NCBI GenBank assembly: GCA_002269645.1
Contig: NIVC01002036.1
Coordinates: 124,001-188,000, forward strand
Reading direction: 5' to 3'
DNA length: 64,000 nucleotides
Source: Macrostomum lignano
Taxonomy: Eukaryota
Below, one piece after another: positions 1-12,800 of the stretch (positions are counted from its first letter, which is position 1; each line of letters begins with the position of its first letter). The notes below the pieces were generated by a model, which saw only the letters and a program-made list of their open reading frames with translations, was not told the DNA's origin and searched no databases. The translations under genes were made by a program, and so were the position numbers.

Positions 1-829
1 TGAGTAATCCTTATAGCCATTTTATATAAATTGACCAAATAATTTAGTCAGCCTAGCACAGTTTATTTATAAATTTGTCAGTCATGATTCATAATTCAAT
101 TTCCACCGCATTTAGGTAAAAATAGTTGTAATGTTGGCAAAATACTACTCACACCAGGCGGTACAAGTAATCAGCGCATAAGTAGGCATTGGCATGAATT
201 CGCAGTTAAATATTATTTTATTAGCTAATACAATATTTCAAAGCTGATGCTTGAGTCGAAATTGAGATGGTAATTTTGTTTAGATATACTAATAATACTA
301 CTAGCTTGCGCGCGGCTGAGTAGTGCAGAGCGAGGGCAAGCCTTGAAGAAAAAGAAATGATGTCGAATAAAAATTCTAGGAAACGACACAAAAAAGCGCT
401 GGTTAATAAATGTAATGGGAATCACAGATCGAAGCAGAGGACGGAATGTACTAAATGTATAAAATATAAAATATAAAATCTATGCAGGCAAATGTACACA
501 TACCAGCCGTGTTAACTCAGCAATTCAATCATGTTTCAGTGCCGGTCCGCACAGAACATTTTATTGAGTTTCTTACAAATAATTTCAGCCGAACAAAATG
601 CACTGGAGAGCGGATTTTACAGTACATACTACTTGATATTCTCGTAGCAAACTAGTAGTATAAATAAATAAAAGTGAATTCGATGTTAGAAAATAACTAA
701 TTCGGACGGAGACAGAAAGAAGCTTTAACTGATAACAAAGCACACTGAAAAACTGATCAACATTTGAGCACTAAGCGCCAGTCAATGGCGATGCAGTAGT
801 ACAAGTAATTACAATAGCGAACTTTTACA

Positions 830-843
830 GTTTCCATGGCAAC
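830..843. promoter_or_regulatory. RFX X-box consensus GTTTCCATGGCAAC, just downstream of the centriolin stop codon
   Basis: Exact match to GTTNCCATGGNAAC. Function at this position is not shown. Confidence 0.4.
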
Positions 844-871
844 CACACTACACTAAACAGCCAAGCAAGCG

Positions 872-3800
872 TCAGTTGCTAGCGGCAGCGAGCTGCAGGT
901 TGGTTTCCAGCTCCTCCAGTCTCAGCCGCAGGGATCTCAAACTGCTGTGAGACCGCTGGTACTGCATAGCAACCTGCTCAGCCGCCTGGTTCAGCTCACG
1001 CTGCAGCTGCTCCTTGAGTCCGGCTCCGTTCGAGTCTGCCGCAGCCACTGCCGCTGAGTCCGGCGGCTCCCCTCGGGCAGCGGACAGGTTCCTGCGCAGG
1101 CTGCTCAGGTGCACCTGGACTCGCTGCTGGCGCTGATCCCGACCACCTCCACGGAGAACCTGCTGCTGCTGCTCAAGCTGTCTGTTGTCGGTGTCTGGCA
1201 GGTCCAACCGACCGGCGTCCAGGTCGTCTTTGAAGGTACGCAGGGCGCCCACAACTCGACGCTCGCGATCGATCAGCTCCTCCTGGGACAGGATCTGGGT
1301 GGGCGGTAGAATTGGATCGCGTGAGATTTATGATTTTAGATGGGCAATTTCCAGCCAAAGCTGCATGGCTTAAACATGGGCAGATATCCCAGTCTGGGGA
1401 TTTAAATGGGAGCACATATCCCAACCTGGGGATCTAAATGGGATCAGATATCCCAATCTGTGGATCTAAATGGGATCAGATATCCCAACCTGGGGATCTA
1501 AATGGGATCAGATATCCCAACATGGTGATCTAAATGGGATCAAATATCCCAATCTAGGGATCTAAATGGGATCAAATATCCCAATCTAGGGATCTAAATG
1601 GGATCAGATATTCCAACCTGGGGATCTAAATGGGAGCAGATATCCCAACATGGGGATCTAAATGGGATCAAATATCCTAATCTAGGGATCTAAATGGGAT
1701 CAAATATCCCAACCTGGGGATCTAAATGGGAGCAGATATCCCAACCTGAGGATCTAAATGGGAGCAGATATACCAACCTGGGGATCTAAATGGGAGCAGA
1801 TATCCCAACATGGTGATCTAAATGGGATCAAATATCCCAATCTAGGGATCTAAATGGGATCAGATATCCCAACCTGGGGATCTAAATGGAAGCAGATATC
1901 CCAACATGGGGATCTAAATGGGATCAAATATCCCAATCTAGGGATCTAAATTGGATCAAATATCCCAATCTAGGGATCTAAATGGGATCAAATATCCCAA
2001 TCTAGGGATCTAAATTGGATCAGATATTCCAACCTGGGGATCTAAATGGAAGCAGATATCCCAACATGGTGATCTAAATGGGATCAAATATCCCAATCTA
2101 GGGATCTAAATGGGATCAGATATCCCAACATGGGGATCTAAATGGGAGCAGATATCCCAACATGGGGATCTAAATGGGAGCAGATATCCCAACATGGGGA
2201 TCTAAATGGGAGCAGATATCCCAGTCTGGGAGCAAAGTTCTACAGAATATTTACCTCCTGCGCGGTGGTGAACAGAATGCTGCCGAATGAGCTGACCTGT
2301 TGCGGAGCAGGAAAACGCAGTGTTTCAGCGCAAGTTTGGTTAGCTGGCCAAAGCGAGAGCAGAGTTAAATTCAAATGCACACAAACTAGTTGCTACATGT
2401 AAGTCCAGCTAATTTATAGAGGCCAACTAAACTGTAAATTTCTCACCTGCTTCTTCAGCTTGACCAGCTCCTGCCGGCAAGCAGACAGGTCGTCAGTGAG
2501 CCGCTCAGCCCGCTTGCGCTGCTCCCGGCCGGTGCGCTCGAGCTCCGCTGCCTGCTCAGCGTCCCGCCTGCGGGTGTCCTCCAGCTCCTGCGGGATTTTG
2601 ATGAGGGTTGATTTACTGATTCATAACTCACGCCAAATATGACACAGGGGGCTTGGCATGCACTGCTGCCCGTAAAATTGGGACTTTACTAACTTATCCG
2701 GCTGAGTATGAGCTCATTTTTTCATCGGATATTTGCATGACTTTATCATTCGATTTGTATGACCCCATCATTCAATCAAAGTGACTTGCATGACATTGTA
2801 ACCCGATTAGTATGACCCCGTCATCCAATCGCAGTGATTTGCATGACCTCATCATCCAACTGGAGTGATTTGAATGACCCCCTCATCCAATCAGAGTGAT
2901 TTGAATGACCCCATCATCCAATTGGAGTGATTTGAACGACCCCCTCATCCAACTGGAGTGATTTGCATGACCCATCATCCAACTGGAGTGATTTGCATGA
3001 CCCATCATCCAACTGGAGTGAGTTTCATGACCCCATCATCCAATTGGAGTGATTTGCATGACCCCATCATCCAACTGGAGTGATTTGCATGACCCATCAT
3101 CCAACTGGAGTGATTTGCATGACCCATCATCCAACTGGAGTGATTTGCATGACCCCATCATCCAACTGGAGTGATTTGCATGACCCATCATCCAACTGGA
3201 GTGATTTGCATGACCCATCATCCAACTGGAGTGACTTGCATGACCTCATCATCCAACTGGAGTAATTTGCATGACCTCATCATCCAACTGGAGTAATTTG
3301 CATGACCCATCATCCAACTGGAGTAATTTGCATGACCCATCATCCAACTGGAGTGATTTGCATGACCCCATCATCCAACTGGAGTGATTTGCATGACCCA
3401 TCATCCAACTGGAGTGATTTGCATGACCTCATCATCCAACTGGAGTGATTTGCATGACCTCATCATCCAACTGGAGTGATTTGCATGACCTCATCATCCA
3501 ACTGGAGTAATTTGCATGACCCCATCATCCAACTGGAGTGATTTGCATGACCTCATTATCCCCAGTGAAACTCAGAGACCAGTACACATAAAAGCCTCCC
3601 CCCCCGCTACCTGAGCAGTCCTGGCCAGCTGGTCCCTCATCCTGGCCAGCTGCTGCTCCGTGGCGTGAACCGCATCCACGCGGGCCTGGCGCTCAGCCAC
3701 GCACTGGTCCCGCAGGCCGGTGATCTCCTTGTAGCTGCGGTTGAGCGCCTGGGCCAGCTCCTGCTTGTCCCTCTGGCAGCTGGCCGACTCGTGGCTGAGT

Positions 3801-6800
3801 TCGGCCAGTTTGGCCTCCAGCTCGCCGCACCTGCCGGTTCGGTGTTGGTGTGGGGGGCTTCAGCATGGGACTGCGGTCGGGTTCTAAGGCGACTCTGGCT
3901 CTCCCAAACGTAGCGGGGCGATTCTGCAAAGGGGAATCCCTGGGGCGACTCACCAAAGGGGAATTCCCGGGGCGATTCTCCAAAGGGGAATCCCCGGGGC
4001 GACTCACCAAAGGGGAATTCCCGGGGCGATTCTCCAAAGGGGAATCCCCGGGGCGATTCTCCAAAGGGGAATCCTTAGGGCGATTCTCCAAGTGGAATCC
4101 TTAGGGCGATTCTCCAGGGGGAATCCTAAGGGTGACTCGCTAAGGGGAATACTCTGAGTGATTTTACAAGGGGAATCCTTAAGGTGATTTTTAAATTAGA
4201 ATCTTTAGGGCGATTCTCCAAGGGGAACCCTTAGGGCGATTTTACAAGGGGAATCCTTAAGGTGATTTTTAAATAGGAATATTTAGGGCGATTCTCCAAG
4301 GAGAACCCTTAGGGCGATTTACAAGGGGAATCTAGAAGGCAGTTTCTATCAGGCCAGATGATTCAAGCCCCCCTCTAACCTGTCAGCTGTGAACCGGTGC
4401 GACTCGCACTCGCGCCGCACGTGGCCGAGAGCGGCGCTGGCCGACCGGAGCTCCTCCTGGCGCAGCGCCAGGTCGGCTCGGACGCCGTCCAGCTCGGAGC
4501 CGCTGCTGGCCAGCAGGGCGGCAAGCCGGGCCTCTTCTTTCTCGGCCTCGGCGCGGGCTCTGGCCAGCTTCCGGCCGGCCTCCTGCAGCTCCGTTTGGCG
4601 CTCGGCCAGGCGCGCCTCGGCGCCGGACAGCTCCTGCTGGACGCCGGACAGCCGGTTGGCCGCCTCCTCGGCCGCGAGGCGGTTGGCACGGATCGACTCC
4701 TGAGGAATTGCGTTGGGAGAAGACGGTCACAGTGGAGGTCAGGCATTGGGGGCTCCAGCACTGCTCATCCTGGCCTCGATGACTCACCTGAACACGGCGC
4801 AGCTCGCAGCACAGGTCGTCTTTCTCGCGCTGACGAGATCGAAGCTCGCCGCCGAGCGACTCCAACTGAGACTCAGCGTCCGCGAGGCGGCTGCGGCGAC
4901 TGCTGCACTCTTGGCTGGCCTCGCGGGACAGGTCCTGAGGAGAAAGGGGACGCTCACATCAGCTGAGGGTTTGAAGGGGATCTGGGAAGCCCTGATGATT
5001 TTTAACGACTCGAATGAGTGCAAATTGTGCAGTGCAACGGAGAGGCGATTGTTGGAGTCACGAGCGCATCACGTCAGCTGTAGAATCTTAAGAGAGTCGC
5101 AAAAGAGTTGTCCAAGAGTCATTGTGTTAGCGCTTACCTTTCTACTAACTTAAGTAGACTAAAAATAGAGTTATGAATTCGAAATGCAATTCTAATTCAT
5201 GAAGTGACGCTTAAGGCGCAACTCAGTGATTCTGCAAGAACTCCAGCACGACTCAGATACGACTCTACGGCCTCAGAGTCCTTTTAGAAGCGCGCCAGAC
5301 TCGTACTCTCTCGACTCTTACCTCTTACCAGAGGTCACGAGAAGATGCAGCAGTAATCTGGGGAGGCTGTGTAGGCAGCTGGCAGACAATTTGGGAAGCT
5401 CACCTGCAGCTGAGCAATCTCCTTCTGCAGCTGGGTTTTGTCAGCCCGCAGTCTCTCCAGCCCTCTGCTGGCCGCCGCGGCGTCCTGCTCCGCCTTCTCC
5501 AGCCGGGTCTGCGCCGTCACCAGCGAGTCCTCCAGCTCGCCCAGCTGACGCCGGAGCTGCTGGCCGCGCTGCTCGCACTGGTCGCGCGCCTCCGCCAGGC
5601 TGTCCCGCTCGCGTTTCAAGCCTGGGAGCCAGTTGAATCAAATCATATGGGAGATTTGTCCACAGGCATTTAGACAGCCGCGAGCTGTCACGTGACATTT
5701 AGTTTGCAATGGCTCGTATTTATTCAACCTTTATCTAAGAGGTAAAATCCAAAAGTTAAGCATAGCTAAGCTGCTTGGTTATATCAGCTGTATTGAAGAG
5801 CAGCCTAGTGGCTACAGCGTCGGACTCACGACTTGAAGGTCGGGGGTTCGATTCGCGATCCAACCGGAATAATTTGTGTCCTTGAGCAAGACACTTAACT
5901 CTGCATTGCTTCAGTTCATCCAGCTGTAAAATGGGTGCCAGCATTAGCTGGGGTAATTGAGGCTGTGCGTGGCGATCCCCACATTACGATCCCCCTAGTG
6001 ATTGCATCATCAGGAAGAGCCAGTTGAATCCATCGCCTTAGTTATTTTTGGCTCTCTTACTGATAGATCAAGTACACCTTATAATAAAATATCAGCTGTA
6101 CATAACAGTTGCTCCGTGGCAAGTGCGGATTCGAACCAAGGGAGCCCCTCTGGCAACCCTCTGAACCCGCCGCCGACTCACCCGCAACCAGCGCCTCCAG
6201 GTTGCGCTTGTCGCTGTTCAGCAGCTCCAAGGCCTCGTTCTCCCGCCCGACCGCCTCCCTCAGTCGGTCCAGCTCGCCCAGCTGTCGCTGCCGGGTCGCC
6301 TCTGCCTCTTTGAGGTCGCGGCGGGCCTCGGCCAGGGCGCCGTTCAGGCTGGCCAATGCGGTCGACTTCTCTGAGCAGTCGGTACTGAGCTGCGCCAGCT
6401 GCGCCCGCTGCGACTCGGTCAGGTCGAGCAGCCGGCTGAGCTCCTGCTTCTGCTTGGCCGATTGGCTGCCGATCGACTCCAGCTCCTGGGATGGTGGGGT
6501 TGGAGACTGTGAGTAGGCTGACCGGGGATGCCGATTCTCAACTGGCGATCTAAGAGACACCGGTTCTCAACTGGAGATCTAAGAGACACCGGTTCTCAAC
6601 TGGAGATCTAAGAGACACCGGTTCTCAACTGGCGATCTGAGACACCGGTTCTCAGCTGGAGATCTAAGAGACACCAGTTCTCAGCTGGAGATCTAAGAGA
6701 CACCGGTTCTCAGCTGCAGATCTAAGAGACACCGGTTCTCAGCTGGGGATATAAGAGACACCGGTTCTCAGCTGGGGATATAAGAGCCACCGGTTCTCAG

Positions 6801-9800
6801 CTGGAGATCTAAGAAACACCGGTTCTCAGCTGAGGATCTAAGACACCGGTTCTCAGTTGGGGCTCTGAGACATCGGTTCTCAGTTGGGGCTCTGAGACAC
6901 CGGTTCCCAGTTGGGGCTCTGAGACATCGGTTCTCAGTTGGGGCTCTGAGACATCGGTTCCCAGTTGGGGCTCTGAGACATCGGTTCTCAGTTGGGGCTC
7001 TGAGACACCGGTTCTCAGTTGGGGCTCTGAGACATCGGTTCCCAGTTGGGGCTCTGAGACATCGGTTCTCAGTTGGGGCTCTGAGACATCGGTTCTCAGT
7101 TGGGGCTCTGAGACATCGGTTCTCAGTTGGGGCTCTGAGGCACCGGTTCCCAGCTGGGGATCTAAAAACACCGGTTCTCAATTGGGAATCTAAGAGACAC
7201 CGGTTCTCAATTGGGAATCTAAGAGACACCGGTTCTCAGCTAGAGATTTAAGAGACAGCGGTTCTCAATTGGGGATCTAAGAGACACCGGTTCTCATGGG
7301 GTGAAACACCGGTTCTCATAAGGGTGAAACACCGGTTCTCATGGTGGTGAAACACCGATTCTCATGGTGGTGAAACACCGGTTCTCACTGGGGTGAAACA
7401 CCGGTTCTCATGGTGGTGAAACACCGGTTCCTAATAAACACATTCATGTTCACAGTTCAATGCTCAATTCAAGGACTAGAAACAACATAAAACTAATGCA
7501 AGAAGCAGAAAATTAATAAATAGCATTAGAACAGTTTGCTATTTTGAGAGTGCAGTAAACATTTAGGATACGTACGCAGTGCAACAGAGAATAAAGCTAA
7601 AATTGTCTAAAAGTCGCGGCGCTGATCGCTACATGCATAGGGGCGAGAAGGTCTAGCATACAGCTACGAATAAAATAATAAAATACGTAATAAAATATAC
7701 GGAAGCAGTGGCCCAACAGCGGGCTAAACTCTATAAAATTCTAGCGACTCTCACTGTAGCAGCGAATCCACGCTCAGCACTGCTGGCATTGTCCAGTGGG
7801 TTAAATTGCTGGGACTGGCGGTATTCGAGTTCAAAGTTACGGAATTGTGATTGGCAAACGAGTTTCGAATCACTGTTACACTGTACAAGCTGAGGATCTG
7901 CGATTCTTGGGAGGCTGGCCTAGAAACTGAGGATCTGGGAGGCTGGCCCAACAACTGAGGATCTGGAAGGCTGGCCTAGCAACAGAGGATCTGGGAGGCT
8001 GGCCTAGCAACAGAGGATCTGGGAGGCTGGCCTAGCAACTGAGGATCTGGGAGGCTGGCCTAGCAACTGGGGATCTGGGAGGCTGGCCTAGGAACTGAGG
8101 ATCTGGGAGGCTGGCCCAGGAACTGAAGATCTGGGAGGCTGGCCCAGCAACTGAGTATTCGGGAGGCTGGCCCAGCAACTGAGTATTCGGGAGGCTGGCC
8201 CAGCAACTGAGGATCTGGGAGGCTGGCCCAGCAACTGAGTATTCGGGAGGCTGGCCCAGCAACTGAGGATCTGGGAGGCTGGCCCAGCAACTGAGGATCT
8301 GGGAGGCTGGCCCAGCAACTGAGGATCTGGGAGGCTGGCCCAGCAACTGAGGATCTGGGAGGCTGGCCCAGCAACTGAGGATCTGGGAGGCTGGCCTAGC
8401 AACTGAGGATCTGGGAGGCTGGCCTAGCAACTGAGGATCTGGGAGGCTGGCCTAGCAACTGAGGATCTGGGAGGCTGGCCTAGCAACTGAGGATCTGGGA
8501 GGCTGGGAGGTAGACACGCAGTCAGCCACGAACCTCTTTGTCCTTCTCCAGCTGGGATCTTGCAGCGTCCCGCCGCACCTCCTCCGCCTTAGCCGCCCTC
8601 GCCGCCTGGGCCGTCTCCTCGCGCAGCGCGGCCAGCCGGCTAGTTTGGTCGCGAGTTCGAGTCTCCAACTCGGCGAGGTCGCGGGCGGCCCTGGCGGTTT
8701 CGCCTTCGAGCTGCTCGCGGGTCAGCTGGGAGTCCCGCGTCGCCTGGCGGAGCTGCTCGCGCTGCTGGCCGGTCAGCTGCTCCAGCTGTGCCAGCTCCTT
8801 GCGCTTGGCCTCCAGCTGTCAGGTGAATGATGGGGAGATTTCTCGGTGACTCGGTGACCCCAGTGAACTGATTCCACTACACACTCGGTGACCCCAGTGA
8901 CCTGATTCCACTACACACTCGGTGACCCCGGTGACTTGATTCCACTACACACTCGGTGACCCCAGTGACCTGATTCCACTACACACTCGGTGACCCCAGT
9001 GACCTGATTCCACTCCACACTCGATGACCCCAATGACCTTATTCTATTGCAGACTCTGTGACCCTAACGAAATGGTTTCATTCCATACTCAGTGAACCTA
9101 TCGGCTAGACAAAAAATCTCACTTTAGCATTGATGGAGGCCATTTCATCTCGCTTGACCTTCAGTTGTCCGCTAGCTTCGTCCAACCGGCAAAGTAGACG
9201 CTGATCGTCATAGGAGTTGCTGGCCAGATGGCGCTGCAGCTCCTGATAGCTGCAGTGGCAACCATTTTAAAGCTTAATTATAATCTTGATGTAGTGTCGT
9301 AGGGTTGATGTAGAGTTGATTCTCAAGGTGTAGGGCTGATACTCAAGGTAGGGTTGATTCTCAAGGCCTATGGTTGATTATCAAGGTGTAGGGCTGATAC
9401 TCAAGGTGTAGGGTTGATACTCAAGGTGTAGGGCTGATACTCAAGGTGTAGGGTTGATTCTCAAGGCCTATGGTTGATTATCAAGGTGTAGGGCTGATAC
9501 TCAAGGTGTAGGGTTGATACTCAAGGTGTAGGGCTGATACTCAAGGTGTAGGGTTGATTCTCAAGGCCTATGGTTGATTATCAAGGTGTAGGGCTGATAC
9601 TCAAGGTGTAGGGTTAATTATCAAGGCCTATTGTTGATTCTCAAGGTGTAGGATTGATTCTCACGGCCTAGGGTCGATTCTCAAGGCCTATGGTTGATTA
9701 TCAAGGTGTAGGGCTGATACTCAAGGTGTAGGGTTGATACTCAAGGTGTAGGGCTGATACTCAAGGTGTAGGGTTGATTCTCAAGGTGTAGGGCTGATAC

Positions 9801-12800
9801 TCAAGGCCTATGGTTGATTATCAAGGTGTAGGGCTGATACTCAAGGTGTAGGGTTGATACTCAAGGTGTAGGGCTGATACTCAAGGTGTAGGCTTGATTC
9901 TCAAGGTCTAGGGTTGACCCCTTATGAGACTAGATAGTTATTATGGCGAGAAACCTACGTTGCCTCAGCCTGTTGAATGCGCCGTTCGGCCTCTTGAAAC
10001 TGCTCATCCTTAGCCTTGAGCAGCGTCTCCGCATCGGCCAGGGTCCGCTCCAGCGCCGCCTTGTCGGCCTCCAATTCCATAGTGGCTCGCTTAGTGGCCT
10101 GCAGGTCCTCGCTGGCCTTGGCCATCTCCCTGGCCGAGGCGGCTGACCGCTTGCTCAGCTCCTCGCATTCGCCCAGCAGCTTGGCGTACTCGGCCGACGC
10201 TCGCTCGGACTTGGCCACGGCCTCGGCCGCGAAGCGCTTCACCGTGTCCAAGTCTACTCGAGCCTCGCCAAGCTGCTTCTCGCAGGCGGCCAGCTCGCCC
10301 TGCCGCTTGGCCAGGCTGGCATCCAGGCAGCGCAGCTCGGCGCTGACGCCGGCGGCGCGCTCCTCCTCCAGCCGGTGGGCCTCTTCGCGCGACTGCTGCT
10401 CGCTGCGCGGGAATTAAGGAGGCGGGTTTTTATGCTTAAAATCTTTTAGATACTACAATACATATCGGCAGTAGCTAGTGCAGGTGAATTAGCGCATTTT
10501 CAAAAGCATTGATATATTTTTGTTTCATTCGGCGCTTCGAGAAATTAGATCTGGCGCCACCTGACAGCAGATCTGGCTCCAGCTGACATCAGATCTGGCG
10601 CCACCTGACATCAGATCTGGCGCCATCTGACAGCAGATCTGGCTCCAGCTGACAGCAGATCTGGCGCCACCTGACATCAGATCTGGCGCCACCTGACAGA
10701 TTTAGCGTCAGCAAGTACATGTCGCTCACCGCTGAGCAGCCATGGCGGCCAGGCGAGCCTCAGCCTGAGCCAGCTGGTCCTGAGCAGCATCTCGCTGCCG
10801 CTCAGCCGCCGCAGTCTCCGCCCGGACCTCCTCCAGGGCGCGCCGGCGCAGGTCCAGCTCGTCGCGGCAGTCCTGCAGCCGGGTCCGCTTGTCCCGGGTG
10901 GCCTCTTCAAGCCGTTGCAGCTCCGCCTTCGCCTCGGCGTTGTCGGCGCGGCGACGTTCCCGAAGGCGACGTCGGAGAGAAGCGACTCGGTCCTGCAGGC
11001 TGTGCAGGTAGTCCTCCAGGTCGTGGTGCTCGGGCACGTTGCAGAATAGACCCTGTTGCTGCTGCTGCTGTTGCAGACTCTGCGCAGAAGCAGACATCGC
11101 CGGGTCCATGCCGAATGCCGGGTTGCTGACGCTCGGCTGTTTGTTTGGAAAAAGAAATCAAAATTTCTGCTGCTTGGAACTCATCTTTTTCGAGAGCTGG
11201 CGAGATGCTTGCTCAGCAAACAGATGCGGTATCTAAATAGAGGCTCAGGTCTCTTCCACAGCAGAGTCCCAGCGTAATCTGCTACACAATCAAGTTGAGA
11301 TAGAGAGCAGTACAGCTGTCTCAATATTTCTGTCCCTCTCTGGCTCTGTCTACATTTTTCTATTATGCGTGAATTTCTGCAGCCTCCTTTCATTCAGAGT
11401 GGCGGCGAGGAAGGGCGGGTGGGCAGGGCAGGCAGGCAGGAAGGCTACGGGGCTCAAGAACTTAATGAATGGTCAAAAAAAAATTAGAAAAACAACTGCA
11501 CGAAGACACAGAGGTTAATGCTCCGGAGTTTGATGCAGTGCAGTCTCAGTTACTCCGCTATCTTATTGCATTCTTTCAGTTGTTATTCAGCAGTTTTTCT
11601 ACTAAAACATTAATGTTTGTATTACATACTACTGACAGTTTGAAGTTGCATATATAAAGCTTATCGTTTTTGATTGTTTTTGTTAGTGATTATTAATCTT
11701 TTTCGTCATTTGAATGCGTAAGCCCATTAATAAATTTATTACCAAATTCGTAGATTCATTTGGCATTTAAGTTATTTACGCTACATATCGGAGCGATCCG
11801 CACGTGATTCGCCTCCTAAATAAAGTTATTTACGCTACATATCTGGAGCGATCCGCATGTACTTAGCCTCCTAAATAAAGTTATTTACGCTACATATCGG
11901 AGCGATCTGCATGTGATTAGCCTCCTAAATAAAGTTACTTGCGCTAAATATCGGTAGACTCACATGCAGATCTGGCGGAGCCCCAGCAGCCATGTTATGG
12001 AGATTCGGGACGCTCCACCGATGCTTTGGCGACAGCATAGCCTGCTGCTGCTGCTGCTGAGGGTCCAGCAGGTGAGAGTAGGGCGCGGTGGCCCTGGCAA
12101 AGTTGTGCCTCAAGGCGAACACGTCCTGCTGCACCTGGGCGAAGTCCGGCACAGATTGGGCGGAGTCGGCCGAGCCTCGGACTCCAACCAGACGGTCGAG
12201 CAGGTCGTTGAGCCTGATGATCTCGGCTCGCTGAGCATCAAGGACACGGTTGAGCTCCATAGACTCAGACTGAGCTTGAGTCGACTGCTGCCTGGTGGCT
12301 GACGCATCGGTTGACTCGCGATCGCGGAGCCGCTCGGTGAGATCGTCGATGGTTTCTTGGGCTCGCTTGAGCTCGAACACGGTGGACATCATCTCCTTCT
12401 CCCAGGCGCTTCTGTCCTGCTCGCGGGCTCGCTCGAGTTCGCTGCGCTGCGCCTGGGTAAATAAAAAAGTGCATTGTGTACTACAGTTATATCAAAACTT
12501 AATGAGGTTTAGAAATCGCTAATCCCATTAGTATTAGAATTGCAAAAACCCATTAGCTAACAGAATAGCAAATTACATTTTTAATATGATATTAAATTTA
12601 CCAATATAATCGATATTCGAATCATCACTAATCCCTAAAGCTAATCCAATTGATATTTGATTTGTTAATATTATTGTTAATCAAATCGATACCCGAATCG
12701 TTAATCCATTCGTTATTGAAATTAATGTTCAAATCTTTAATCATAATCGCTAATTAATCCAATTTATATTCGAATCGTTAATCCAAATCGCTAATCCAAT

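Noticed and set aside
5797-5870. A tRNA gene
   Set aside because: A and B boxes are present, but no complete cloverleaf or acceptor stem is evident, and it runs into a SINE CORE-like body.
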